Part shown: positions 38,408-48,206 of the stretch, piece by piece | Layout: the number at the start of each line of letters is the position of its first letter | How positions within the stretch are numbered: the stretch's first letter is position 1 | Source: Anaerohalosphaeraceae bacterium | GTDB lineage: Bacteria; Planctomycetota; Phycisphaerae; Sedimentisphaerales; Anaerohalosphaeraceae | DNA length: 64,000 bases | Direction: 5' to 3' | Assembly: GCA_050309605.1 (NCBI GenBank) | Contig: JBNRMN010000002.1 | Coordinates: 16,438 to 80,437, forward strand | The notes under the pieces: model-generated | The model's database searches: none | What the model was told of the DNA's origin: nothing | The model's input: the letters and a program-made list of their open reading frames with translations, nothing else | Program-made: the position numbers and the translations under genes

Positions 38408-38422
38408 GACGTTGAGGCCGTT

Positions 38423-38893
38423 ATGAAGATGTCGCCGCAGGACAACAAGCTGGATGAAATGCTCCGGTCGTCAACTCTGGTGGCCGGTGGTTTTATGGGC
38501 AGCGACCGCCGGAGTGTGTTTGAGGTCATCGAGTCGGATGCCGCAACGCTGGACAAAGCCGGTCTGAATGCGGCCATGGTTGCCCGGCGGATGCGCGAGC
38601 TGACCGCCGCAGCACAAGCGGGGCTGGGCACGTGGGTCGATGTTGATAAGGGACGGATTCGCGTGATGAGCGAGGACTACAAGGGGGTTTTGGTGTGCCC
38701 CTGGGGACATGCCGGTCAGTATCCAAAACGGATTACGATTGTCGAATGTCCTGAAACGGGACAAACGCTGACCTGGTCGGATCTGAATATTCATCTGATT
38801 GAAGCCCATGGTTTTTTTGAAGGCCAAGGCTCGGCGTTTCGTGTGGAACCGGACCAGGCGGCGGCGATTCTTTTTGAGAAAGACAGGGATTGA
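38423..38893 (+). CDS. Hypothetical protein
   Basis: Co-oriented ORF with GF.G.D.R, CPW.H and HLI..HGFFEG..S.FR.EP motifs (possible metal site). Confidence 0.75.
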   Translation: MKMSPQDNKLDEMLRSSTLVAGGFMGSDRRSVFEVIESDAATLDKAGLNAAMVARRMRELTAAAQAGLGTWVDVDKGRIRVMSEDYKGVLVCPWGHAGQYPKRITIVECPETGQTLTWSDLNIHLIEAHGFFEGQGSAFRVEPDQAAAILFEKDRD

Positions 38894-38976
38894 AGTCTTG
38901 ACGAGACCGCATTTGCTGCGATAATGAATGCAGTGGAAAATGAATGTTATTTGAATTGCAGTGAAAGGGAGATGTT

Positions 38977-39141
38977 ATGAAGAAATACCGGTGTACGTTG
39001 TGCAGTTATATTTATGATCCGGCCCAAGGCGATCCCGATAACGGCGTCGAGCCGGGTACGGCGTTTGAAGATTTGCCGGACGGCTGGGTCTGTCCGGATT
39101 GCGGTGCCGGCAAGGAGGATTTTGAACCGGTCGATGACTAA
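38977..39141 (+). CDS. rub: Rubredoxin (54 aa; below the ORF-track cutoff)
   Basis: [44 protein letters not shown]. Confidence 0.97.
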   Translation: MKKYRCTLCSYIYDPAQGDPDNGVEPGTAFEDLPDGWVCPDCGAGKEDFEPVDD

Positions 39142-39154
39142 CGGAGTAGAATCG

Positions 39155-39189
39155 GCCCCGGAGCTTGGGATGAGTTCCGGGGCTTTTTT
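39155..39189 (+). terminator. Intrinsic terminator after rubredoxin
   Basis: GCCCCGGAGCT..AGTTCCGGGGC followed by T6. Confidence 0.85.
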
Positions 39190-39226
39190 GTAGAATGTTT
39201 GTAGAATCGGTTCGGCGGCTTGGTCA

Positions 39227-40807
39227 ATGCCGGGGGAGATTATGAAACGAATCGAGGCGGTGCTGAAACAACAGGAAATGCTCTGTGCTGAAACGACGGC
39301 CGGGCCGTGCGGTTTTGTGGTGTTCGGGGCATCGGGGGATTTGGCTCATCGCAAACTGTTTCCGGGCCTGTACGAATTGTTTCGCCGCGATTTGATGAGT
39401 CGGCGGTTCTACTGCATCGGCTGCGGGCGGTCGGCGTATACCGATGAGGCGTTTCGAGATCGCATACGGGATTCGTTTAGAGAAACAGTGGATGGGTTTG
39501 ATGAGACAACAGCCGATACCTTCCTGAAGCACTTTTCTTACATTGCCGGAGACTATGCCGACAGCGGATTGTATCAGCGTCTATGCGATAAGATACACGA
39601 GCTGGACAACGGTTGCGGGGTAGAGGATGGGGTGCGGATATTTTATCTGTCCGTTCCGCCGTTTCTGTACGGCGATATTGTTGAAAAACTGGGGGCCTTG
39701 AAGCAAACCTGTCCGGCGGCGGGACAATGGCCTCAAGACAAGGTTCGGCTGGTGGTTGAAAAACCGTTCGGGCGGGATCTTGAATCGGCCCAAGCGCTGG
39801 AGGATGTCCTGCGCCGGCATTTTGATGAGTCGCAGATCTACCGGATCGACCACTATCTGGGCAAAGAAACGATTCAGAATCTGCTGATCTTTCGTTTTGC
39901 CAACAGTCTGTTTGAGCCGTTGTGGAACCGCAATTATATTGACCATATCCAGATTACTATTGCTGAGACGCTGGGGGTGGAACATCGAGCCGGCTATTAT
40001 GACCACAGCGGTGCGCTGCGGGATATGTTTCAAAACCATCTCCTTCAGATGTTAGCGCTGGTGGGGATGGAGCCGCCGATCTCATTTGAGGCCGATCATA
40101 TGCGGGATGAAATCAATAAATTGCTGCGGGCGCTGCGGCCGTATCAGTCGATGCAAACACCGCAGTTCTTTGTGCGCGGCCAATACGGTCCCGGGCGGAT
40201 AGACGGGCAGGAGGTCAATGGGTATCTTGAAGAAAAAGGCGTGGCGAAAGATTCAACGACTGAGACATTTGTTGCGGCCCGATTGTTGGTGGACAACTGG
40301 CGATGGAAGGGGGTTCCGTTCTATTTGCGCACCGGCAAGCGGCTCAAGCGGAAACTGACCGAGATCGCCATTTTCTTTAAGCATGTTCCCCATTCAATGT
40401 TCCGTGCGTCCGGTCTTGAGGATTTGCCGCCGAACATATTGCGGTTTCAGATTCAGCCGGATGAAGGAATCTATCTGAGTCTGCAGGCCAAGCGCCCCGG
40501 CTCAAAGCTCTGTATGAGTACGCTCGATATGGCCGTCGATTATCAGCAGGTTTTCGGCGTCAAGATGCCGGACGCCTATCAGCGGCTGCTGCTGGACTGT
40601 ATGGTGGGCGACCAGACCCTGTTTACACGACATGACAGCATCCTGACCTCGTGGGAGTTTCTCAGGCCTGCGATGGCGTATTGGCAGTCCACCCACGATA
40701 AACCCGTCATCTATGCCGCCGGCAGCAGCAATTTTGAGCAAGCCCGAAAACTCATCCAGGCCCGCAAACTTGTCGAAACCGAAGGGCGTGAATGGCAGGA
40801 ACTCTAA
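39227..40807 (+). CDS. zwf: Glucose-6-phosphate 1-dehydrogenase
   Basis: FGASGDLA.RKL.P, EKPFG.D, RIDHYLGKE, RDM.QNH, RW.GVPFYLRTGK. Confidence 0.97.
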   Translation: MPGEIMKRIEAVLKQQEMLCAETTAGPCGFVVFGASGDLAHRKLFPGLYELFRRDLMSRRFYCIGCGRSAYTDEAFRDRIRDSFRETVDGFDETTADTFLKHFSYIAGDYADSGLYQRLCDKIHELDNGCGVEDGVRIFYLSVPPFLYGDIVEKLGALKQTCPAAGQWPQDKVRLVVEKPFGRDLESAQALEDVLRRHFDESQIYRIDHYLGKETIQNLLIFRFANSLFEPLWNRNYIDHIQITIAETLGVEHRAGYYDHSGALRDMFQNHLLQMLALVGMEPPISFEADHMRDEINKLLRALRPYQSMQTPQFFVRGQYGPGRIDGQEVNGYLEEKGVAKDSTTETFVAARLLVDNWRWKGVPFYLRTGKRLKRKLTEIAIFFKHVPHSMFRASGLEDLPPNILRFQIQPDEGIYLSLQAKRPGSKLCMSTLDMAVDYQQVFGVKMPDAYQRLLLDCMVGDQTLFTRHDSILTSWEFLRPAMAYWQSTHDKPVIYAAGSSNFEQARKLIQARKLVETEGREWQEL

Positions 40808-40911
40808 CTGTCTTTTCTATATATACTTAAGACTAATATTGGACGGTTGTGTTCGTTTGTGTTCTCTATTTAAGGAAATTGACCGAATAAATGCAACAAA
40901 AACGCTTTTTG

Positions 40912-40963
40912 TTGTGAAAAAAATATCAAAAAGTATTGACTTTGGTTTTCTATTGTTTATAAT
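40912..40963 (+). promoter_or_regulatory. Rex-box-like site plus sigma70 promoter upstream of rex
   Basis: TTGTGAA-N4-ATATCAA (11/14 to TTGTGAA-N4-TTCACAA); TTGACT-16 bp-TATAAT at 40936-40963. Confidence 0.65.
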
Positions 40964-41033
40964 AACGTAAATTAAAAGCCTGTTGCGGCGTTTTTTCAGG
41001 CTTTCGCTCAAATAAATGATCCGAGGTGCTGTT

Positions 41034-41687
41034 ATGGTTATGAATCGAAAATGTATTTTACGGCTTTCCAGATATAAAAACGCCCTTAAGCGGTTAAAAG
41101 CACTGGGGTTTGTGAAGGTTTTTTCGGGTAACCTTGCCGATGCGGCCGGTGTTACGTCGTCTCAGGTACGGAAGGATTTTTCGCTGTTCGGTATCACCGG
41201 AAACCGACGTGGCGGCTATAAAGTGGATGAGCTGATCAATCGAATTCGAGAGATATTAGGGAAAAACGAGATACAAAAAGTGGTCATTGTCGGCGTCGGC
41301 AATATCGGCAATGCACTGCTGCGGTACAAGGGTTTTGAGACCGGCGGGATTCGGGTGGTGGCCGGGTTTGACATCGATCCATCCAAGTATCAGCGTCATG
41401 CTGAAGTGCCGATTTTGCCGTTGGAGGAATTCTCGTCGTTTGTGCAGGAAAATGAAATTAAGGTCGGTATTCTGGCCGTGCCCGATGTGGCGGCTCATCA
41501 TGTGTCTGAAATTATGATCGCTGCGGGCATCAAGGGCATCTTGAATTTTGCTCCGATTCAGCTTCGCGGCGCTGATGATGTGATTATCAGCAATATCAAC
41601 CTTGAGGTCGAATTGGAAAATCTGATCTACTTTGTCAATGCTGCCGATAAAACCGCCTTGTCGGCCTCGGCTGACAAGGTGAAGTGA
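41034..41687 (+). CDS. rex: Redox-sensing repressor Rex
   Basis: RLS.Y, QVRKDFS.FG..G.R..GY, VG.GN.G.AL, ILNFAP. Confidence 0.96.
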   Translation: MVMNRKCILRLSRYKNALKRLKALGFVKVFSGNLADAAGVTSSQVRKDFSLFGITGNRRGGYKVDELINRIREILGKNEIQKVVIVGVGNIGNALLRYKGFETGGIRVVAGFDIDPSKYQRHAEVPILPLEEFSSFVQENEIKVGILAVPDVAAHHVSEIMIAAGIKGILNFAPIQLRGADDVIISNINLEVELENLIYFVNAADKTALSASADKVK

Positions 41688-41775
41688 TTTTTGCAAAAAC
41701 CATAAATCAATCGTACACCGTTTTGTGTTGGCAACTATGACATCCGACCGGTTGCAGGGGATTGTCAGTGCGATT

Positions 41776-43620
41776 ATGAAAAACCGAACCCTTAAAAATC
41801 AGATTCTTGCATCGTTTGCGATTGTCATCGCAGTCCTGAGTGTCTGTACATTTGGGTTGGGGCTTTATGTCATTAAAACGGATGTTTTTGAGCGGATTCA
41901 AACGGAAGTCGAACGGTCTTTGGGCGGGGCGCGCACGGTCTATGAAGAGGAAATTCGGCGTATCGGGGTTAGTCTTGAAATAGCCGATCTGAGCCAGTCG
42001 CCGGCGGTTTTGCGGGACAAGATGCGACTGCATTATTTTTACCGTTTGCCGTATGCCCAGGCGCTTGAGCACCCGAGCGAACTGGTGGTCTCTGCCGCAC
42101 AAAGCGGCCAGGCTGTCGGCGGTACGCGCCTCATCGGGCCGGATGAACTGGTTCAAATGAACCGCGGAATTCGAGAGCGTGCGCACATTGACATCAAACC
42201 GACGGCCAAAGCCAGGCCGACCCGCAAGACGTCGCTGGATTCGGCCATGGCTAAAGAATACGCCCTTGCTTTAACGGATTCAGCCGGCCGCGTGACGGAG
42301 GTTGTCTTTGGCGGTCGTATTGTCAACCAGGATTATGAATTTGTTGACCATATTCGTCAGCTTGTTTTCGGCAACGAAGACTATCGCGGTATTCCGGTCG
42401 GCACGGTGACCATTTTTCTTGATGATGTACGGATTTCCACGAATGTTCTGGATGAAAGCGGGCAACGTGCCATCGGGACGCGCGTTTCTGAAGCGGTTTA
42501 TAATGAGGTGATTCTGCAGGGCCGGCCGTGGCTGGACAGGGCCTTGGTGGTCGGGCACTGGTATAAGTCGGCTTATGAGCCGATTGTCAATATCCATGAT
42601 GAGATTATCGGTATTTTGTATGTGGGCATTTTGGAAGAGCCGTTCCACAATCGGGCCGCCAACTTGCTGCTGGCCTTTCTGGCGATGATTTTGCTGGCCT
42701 CGGTGCTGTCGTTTGTGTTGGCCTACATTTTGTCCGGGTCGGTTTCGCGGCCGCTGACGGTGCTGCTTGAGGGCACGCAAAAATTGTCTCGCGGCGAATT
42801 GGGACATCTGGTAATGCCTCCGCATTCGAGTATTGAAGAGATGCACCAGTTGGCGCATTCGTTCAATGAGATGTCGGTGCGTCTGGAAGAACGCGAGGTT
42901 CGGTTGCAGGAAAATCATCAAAAACTTGAAGAATTGAACAAGAGCTATCTTGATCTGCTGGGTTTTGTGGCGCATGAACTGAAGGGGCTGCTGTCCTCTG
43001 CGGTACTGAATGCGTATGCCCTGCGCGACGGTTTTCTGGGGATGATTAATTTCAAGCAGAAAAAGGCCGTCGATTCGATCTGCCGGAATCTGGATTATCT
43101 GGCAGCGACCGTAACGAAGTTTTTGAATCTCAGCCGAATTGAACGCGGCAATCTGGAAGTCAACAAAACCCGATTTTCTCTCTGGAAGGATGTATTCGGT
43201 CATTCGGTGCAGACGTTCTCCAAGCTGATTAACGACAAACAGATCCAGGTTGCTAATCAGATGGATCCGGATTTGACGGTGTCCGCCGATCAGGATCTGA
43301 TGCTGATTGTGGCGAACAATCTGGTCAGCAACGCCGCCAAATACGGCAGCGAAGGCGGACAGATTATCCTCAGCGCTCGTGAAGAAGGTGATCGAGTTAC
43401 GGTCGAGGTCTATAACGACGGTCGGCCGATTTCCGAGCAGCAGTGTGCGTCGCTGTTTAAGAAATTTTCGCGACTGGATACGCCCGAAAAAAAGAAAGTC
43501 AAAGGCACCGGCCTGGGGCTGTATATTACCAGACAGATCATTGAAAGCCACGGCGGCCGGATTGATGTACAGGCAAAAGACAACGGTAATTCATTTATAT
43601 TTCAAATTCCTAAGGAGTAA
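41776..43620 (+). CDS. Cache/HAMP sensor histidine kinase
   Basis: 2 TM; T.FL.DVRISTNV....G.RAIGT Cache domain; AHELK; NL..NA.KY; GTGLGL. Confidence 0.92.
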   Translation: MKNRTLKNQILASFAIVIAVLSVCTFGLGLYVIKTDVFERIQTEVERSLGGARTVYEEEIRRIGVSLEIADLSQSPAVLRDKMRLHYFYRLPYAQALEHPSELVVSAAQSGQAVGGTRLIGPDELVQMNRGIRERAHIDIKPTAKARPTRKTSLDSAMAKEYALALTDSAGRVTEVVFGGRIVNQDYEFVDHIRQLVFGNEDYRGIPVGTVTIFLDDVRISTNVLDESGQRAIGTRVSEAVYNEVILQGRPWLDRALVVGHWYKSAYEPIVNIHDEIIGILYVGILEEPFHNRAANLLLAFLAMILLASVLSFVLAYILSGSVSRPLTVLLEGTQKLSRGELGHLVMPPHSSIEEMHQLAHSFNEMSVRLEEREVRLQENHQKLEELNKSYLDLLGFVAHELKGLLSSAVLNAYALRDGFLGMINFKQKKAVDSICRNLDYLAATVTKFLNLSRIERGNLEVNKTRFSLWKDVFGHSVQTFSKLINDKQIQVANQMDPDLTVSADQDLMLIVANNLVSNAAKYGSEGGQIILSAREEGDRVTVEVYNDGRPISEQQCASLFKKFSRLDTPEKKKVKGTGLGLYITRQIIESHGGRIDVQAKDNGNSFIFQIPKE

Positions 43621-43625
43621 CACAC

Positions 43626-43979
43626 GTGCTAACGCCATTACAAGCTATCAAAAAAAAGCGTGCTGAAGCGGTCAACCGCATTATCAGCAAAGGGTATCTG
43701 TCCACCAAACGGGTGTATGTGGGTATGGCGACCTGTGAAATCGCCGCCGGCTCCAAAGAGGTGATGGATGTATTTCGTCAGGCGATTGCCAACGGGCTGA
43801 CGGATGTCTATCTGAGCCAGAAAGGCTGTGCGGGCCGCTGCAATCTGGAACCGACGGTTGAGGTGGTTGAAGAAGGCAAAATCCCCGTCAAATACGGGCG
43901 GGTCACGCCGCAGCGGGCGCGCGATATTGTTGAACGGCATCTGAAAAAAGGCGAGATTATTGCCGAATGGGTGATCTGA
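43626..43979 (+). CDS. Thioredoxin-like ferredoxin subunit of the hydrogenase (HndB/HydD-like)
   Basis: VGMATC.IAAG, GC.G.C..EP.VEV, Y..VT. Confidence 0.88.
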   Translation: MLTPLQAIKKKRAEAVNRIISKGYLSTKRVYVGMATCEIAAGSKEVMDVFRQAIANGLTDVYLSQKGCAGRCNLEPTVEVVEEGKIPVKYGRVTPQRARDIVERHLKKGEIIAEWVI

Positions 43980-43996
43980 CGGAAAGGACAACGGAC

Positions 43997-45790
43997 GTGA
44001 AAGAAACGAGATACAAACTTACGCTGTGCGACGGTACAGCCTGTATTCACAATCATTCCAAAGCGATTCAGCAGGCGCTCGAGACGGAGCTGGACAAGCA
44101 CGGACGCAAGGACAGCGTCAGCATTCATTTGAGCGGCTGTCTGGGGATGTGCACAAAAGGGCCGATTCTCATCGTCAACCCCGGCTATATAATGTACGGT
44201 CGGGTACAGGTTGAAGACGTGCCCGAAATTGTTGAGTCGCATCTGATTCATAATAAGGCCGTTACCCGGCTGATTATTACCGAAGATCATCTGTATAATC
44301 GGTTCTTCCGAATCTTTGGTGATGTGGACTTCTTCGGCAAGCAGATGCGTATAGCGCTGCGTAACTGCGGCATCATTGATCCGGAGAATATCGACAATTA
44401 TCTGTCTCTTCGCGGCTACGAGGCTCTGGCCAAGGCGCTGGAGACAATGACGCCCGGTCAGGTGATTGAGGAAGTCAAAAAGAGCGGGCTGCGCGGTCGC
44501 GGCGGGGCGGGATTTCCGACCGGGTTGAAGTGGGAGTTTACCGCCAACCAGGATTCCGATGAGAAATACATCATCTGCAACGCCGACGAGGGCGATCCCG
44601 GCGCCTTTATGGATCGCAGCGCCATCGAAGGCGATCCGCATACAGTGATTGAAGGGATGATGATCGGTGGTTACGCTATCGGCGCTCGCAAAGGCATTAT
44701 TTATATTCGTGCCGAGTATCCGCTGGCGATCAAACGGCTTGAAAAAGCCATCGCTTCGGCACGTGAGCACGGCTTGCTCGGCGAAAACATACTCGGCTCC
44801 GATTTTGCGTTTGATATTGAGATTCGTCTCGGCGCCGGTGCGTTTGTCTGCGGCGAAGAAACCGCTTTGATTCATTCGATTGAAGGGCATCGCGGTATGC
44901 CGCGTCCCCGTCCGCCGTATCCGTCAGTCAAGGGGCTGTTCGGCAAGCCCACGCTGATCAACAATGTGGAAACGTGGGCCAATATCCCTGTGATTCTTCT
45001 GGACGGCGCCGATTGGTTCAATAGCGTCGGCACTGAAACCAGCAAGGGCACCAAGGTCTTTGCGGTTGCCGGTCGGGTGCAGAATACCGGTCTGGTCGAA
45101 GTGCCCATGGGTACGACGCTGCGTGAGATCATTTATGACATCTGCGGCGGCATTCCCAACGGCAGACGTTTTAAGGCGGTTCAAACCGGCGGCCCGAGCG
45201 GTGGATGTCTGCCGGAACACTATCTCGATACGGAGATTGATTACGAATCGCTGGCCAAGGCCGGCTCGATTATGGGTTCCGGCGGGATGATCGTGATTGA
45301 CGAGGATTCCTGTATGGTGTCGCTGGCGCGGTTCTTCCTTGAATTCACCCAGGATGAATCGTGCGGCAAATGTACCCCGTGCCGCGAGGGCACCAAGCGG
45401 ATGTACGAGATTTTGACGCGGATTACGGAGGGTCAAGGCCAACCCGGCGATATTGAAAAGCTCCAGCGTCTGGGTGAAATGATTAAGCATTCGTCGCTGT
45501 GCGGCCTGGGGCAGTCGGCGCCGAATCCGGTACTCAGCACCATTGAGAATTTCCGCGAGGAATATGAAGAACATATTCAGGACAAGAAGTGCCGTGCCGG
45601 TCAGTGTACCGCACTGCTCAGTTATACCATTAACGACAAGTGTGTCGGCTGCGGGGCGTGCAAGCGCGTCTGTCCGGTCAATGCCATCGAAGGCGTTCGC
45701 AAAGAAAAGCACCGTATTCTTCAGGATGTGTGCATTCGCTGCGGCCAATGTTATGAAGTCTGTAAATTTGATGCGATTACCAAAGCGTGA
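43997..45790 (+). CDS. NuoF-like NAD(H)/FMN subunit (HydB/HndC)
   Basis: GLRGRGGAGFPTG.KW, NADEGDPGAFMDR, CGEETAL, ESCGKCTPCREG, C-terminal 2x4Fe-4S. Confidence 0.95.
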   Translation: MKETRYKLTLCDGTACIHNHSKAIQQALETELDKHGRKDSVSIHLSGCLGMCTKGPILIVNPGYIMYGRVQVEDVPEIVESHLIHNKAVTRLIITEDHLYNRFFRIFGDVDFFGKQMRIALRNCGIIDPENIDNYLSLRGYEALAKALETMTPGQVIEEVKKSGLRGRGGAGFPTGLKWEFTANQDSDEKYIICNADEGDPGAFMDRSAIEGDPHTVIEGMMIGGYAIGARKGIIYIRAEYPLAIKRLEKAIASAREHGLLGENILGSDFAFDIEIRLGAGAFVCGEETALIHSIEGHRGMPRPRPPYPSVKGLFGKPTLINNVETWANIPVILLDGADWFNSVGTETSKGTKVFAVAGRVQNTGLVEVPMGTTLREIIYDICGGIPNGRRFKAVQTGGPSGGCLPEHYLDTEIDYESLAKAGSIMGSGGMIVIDEDSCMVSLARFFLEFTQDESCGKCTPCREGTKRMYEILTRITEGQGQPGDIEKLQRLGEMIKHSSLCGLGQSAPNPVLSTIENFREEYEEHIQDKKCRAGQCTALLSYTINDKCVGCGACKRVCPVNAIEGVRKEKHRILQDVCIRCGQCYEVCKFDAITKA

Positions 45791-45798
45791 GGATACCT

Positions 45799-47586
45799 AT
45801 GAATCAAATGATAACGATTACCATTAACGGCAAGGATTACCAGGTCGAGCCGAACCAGACGATTATGCAGGCGGCCGACAAGTTGGGGTTTAAGATCCCC
45901 CGTCTGTGTTACCATCCCAAACTGTCGATTGAAGGGGCCTGTCGCGTCTGTATCGTCGAAGTTGAGGGTCAGCGCAATTTCGTTGCGTCCTGTGCCTTTC
46001 CGGTCAGCGACGGGATGAAGATCAAAACCAATACCCACGCGCTGCGTCGTGCCCGTCGGGATATTGTTGAGTTGATCGTTGACAATCATCCCCTGGATTG
46101 CCATACCTGCGAGCGCGACGGCAATTGTGAATTGCAGCGGCTGGCGGCGTCGATGGGTATTCGTGCGCGTCATTTTGCAGGTGAACGCAAGCGGTATGAA
46201 GAAGACTTGTCCAGTGAGGCCGTGATTCGCAATCCTGAAAAGTGCATTTTGTGCGGCCGCTGCGTCCGGATGTGTTCGGAAATTCAGCAGGTGCACAATC
46301 TGACTCAGGCGCATCGCGGTTTCCAGACGGTGGTGATGCCGGCGTACGATCTGCCGATGGCCGAGAGCGTCTGTACCGCCTGCGGTCAGTGTATCAATGT
46401 CTGCCCGACCGCGGCCTTTGTCGAAAAGAACTATACGCAGGAATTGTTCGAACAGCTTAACGACCCTGAAAGGGTTACGATTGTTCAGTTTGCTCCGTCC
46501 GTACGGGCGGCTATCGGCGAGGCGTTTGGTCTGCCCGTCGGTCAGAATATGGAAGGGCAATTGATCGCTGCGCTGCGCAAGCTGGGGTTTGATTATGTGT
46601 TTGACACCCAGTTTGGCGCCGACTTGACCATTATGGAAGAGGCCAACGAGTTCCTTGAACGGCTGCAGAATAAAGGCACGCTGCCGATGATTACGTCCTG
46701 CTCGAGTGCCTGGATGAAATGCCTTGAGCAGTTTTATCCCGATCTGATCGACAATGTGTCAACGTGTAAATCGCCGATGTCGATGCAGGGGGCGATGATC
46801 AAGACCTATTTTGCCGACAAGAGGGGTATCGATCCAACGAAGATATGCAGCGCTGCGGCGATGTGCTGTACAGCCAAGAAGTATGAGGCCGATCGTCCGG
46901 AGCTGATGTTTGACGGGATGCGCGGTGTGGATGTTGTTGTGACAACCCGCGAAATCGCCTGGATGATCAAATCGGCGGGTATCGACTTTGTCAATATTCA
47001 GCCTGAAAAAGCCGACCATCCATTGGGGCTGTCCAGCGGCGCCGGGGCCATATTCGGCGCCACCGGCGGCGTGATGGAAGCGGCCATCCGTACCGCCTAT
47101 GAGCTTTACACCGGCCAGACGCTGGTGGATATCGAGGTCGAAGGCGTGCGCGGGCTGAAGGGGATTAAGGAAGGGAGCCTGACGATGGACGGACAGGAAA
47201 TCCGTGTGGCCGTGGCGCACGGTCTGGGCAATGCCTGCAAACTGCTGGAGGTGGTTCGGCAGGACCCGCAGCGTTACCACTTTATTGAGATTATGGGCTG
47301 TCCGGGTGGCTGTGTTGGCGGCGGCGGTCAGCCGTATGCCGCGATCAATACGATTCCGCTGGATGACAAGGCGCTGGAAAAACGCGCTCAGGCCCTTTAT
47401 GATTTGGATCGGGGCAAGACCATTCGCCGCAGTCACGACAATCCGGATGTGCAGAAGCTGTATAAAGAATTCCTTCAGCATCCGCTCAGTTCCGTGTCGC
47501 ATAAATATCTGCATACACACTATAAGGCCAAGCTGCCGAAGGGTATTATTCCGAAAGAGGCAAAGAAAATCGAGGTGACCCAATGA
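45799..47586 (+). CDS. hydA: [FeFe]-hydrogenase catalytic subunit (group A3-type architecture)
   Basis: N-terminal 2Fe-2S, His-ligated 4Fe-4S and 2x4Fe-4S; ADLTIMEE, GGVMEAA.RT, EIMGCPGGCVGGGGQP, LHT.Y. Confidence 0.93.
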   Translation: MNQMITITINGKDYQVEPNQTIMQAADKLGFKIPRLCYHPKLSIEGACRVCIVEVEGQRNFVASCAFPVSDGMKIKTNTHALRRARRDIVELIVDNHPLDCHTCERDGNCELQRLAASMGIRARHFAGERKRYEEDLSSEAVIRNPEKCILCGRCVRMCSEIQQVHNLTQAHRGFQTVVMPAYDLPMAESVCTACGQCINVCPTAAFVEKNYTQELFEQLNDPERVTIVQFAPSVRAAIGEAFGLPVGQNMEGQLIAALRKLGFDYVFDTQFGADLTIMEEANEFLERLQNKGTLPMITSCSSAWMKCLEQFYPDLIDNVSTCKSPMSMQGAMIKTYFADKRGIDPTKICSAAAMCCTAKKYEADRPELMFDGMRGVDVVVTTREIAWMIKSAGIDFVNIQPEKADHPLGLSSGAGAIFGATGGVMEAAIRTAYELYTGQTLVDIEVEGVRGLKGIKEGSLTMDGQEIRVAVAHGLGNACKLLEVVRQDPQRYHFIEIMGCPGGCVGGGGQPYAAINTIPLDDKALEKRAQALYDLDRGKTIRRSHDNPDVQKLYKEFLQHPLSSVSHKYLHTHYKAKLPKGIIPKEAKKIEVTQ

Positions 47587-48089
47587 CCGAGTTAGCACAG
47601 GATAAAATGACAACGCTCCGCGAATTTATGGCGGAGGTCAGCAAAAAAGACTACGCTGAATCTTATTTGATCGCCGTTCTTCACAAAGCCCAGGAACTGT
47701 TCGGCTATGTTCCGCGTCAGGTGATGGACGACGCGTCTGAGGCGCTTCAGATTCCAACCGCGCATATCTGGGGGGTGGCGACGTTTTATCATTATTTCAA
47801 TCTGGAGCCGATTGGCCGGCATACGATCAGTGTGTGTATGGGCACCGCCTGTTACGTCAAAGGCGCCAAGCAGGTTCTGGATGTACTCAAAAAGGAGCTG
47901 GGCGTCGAGGTCGGCAAGACGACCGAGGATAAGCTGTTTACGCTGCAGGAGGCGCGCTGTCTGGGGGCGTGCGGGATTGCCCCTGTCATTATGATTGATG
48001 ATAAAATCTATGGCGAATTGGATGCAAAGAAGACCGTAGAGATCATCAACCAGTACCGCAAGGCCGCTGCTGAATCACGAAAAGTTTGA
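47583..48089 (+). CDS. NuoE-like 2Fe-2S subunit (HydC/HndA)
   Basis: GVATFY..F, VCMGTAC.VKGA, CLGACG.APV. Confidence 0.94.
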   Translation: MTELAQDKMTTLREFMAEVSKKDYAESYLIAVLHKAQELFGYVPRQVMDDASEALQIPTAHIWGVATFYHYFNLEPIGRHTISVCMGTACYVKGAKQVLDVLKKELGVEVGKTTEDKLFTLQEARCLGACGIAPVIMIDDKIYGELDAKKTVEIINQYRKAAAESRKV

Positions 48090-48093
48090 TTTA

Positions 48094-48111
48094 TTGTGAA
48101 TTTTATCCTAA
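48094..48111 (+). promoter_or_regulatory. Rex-box-like site
   Basis: TTGTGAA-TTTT-ATCCTAA (11/14 to consensus), upstream of the receiver gene. Confidence 0.45.
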
Positions 48112-48206
48112 ATTATCGAGACAATCGTGCGCAACTATGGTATAACACCTTTGAAAATTTCGTACTGTAGAAAGATTAACTTTCAAGTCTATAGGAGAAT
48201 GTAAAA

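Noticed and set aside
40739..40774. QARKL duplication at the Zwf C-terminus
   Set aside because: Short degenerate in-frame duplication outside catalytic motifs; probably neutral.
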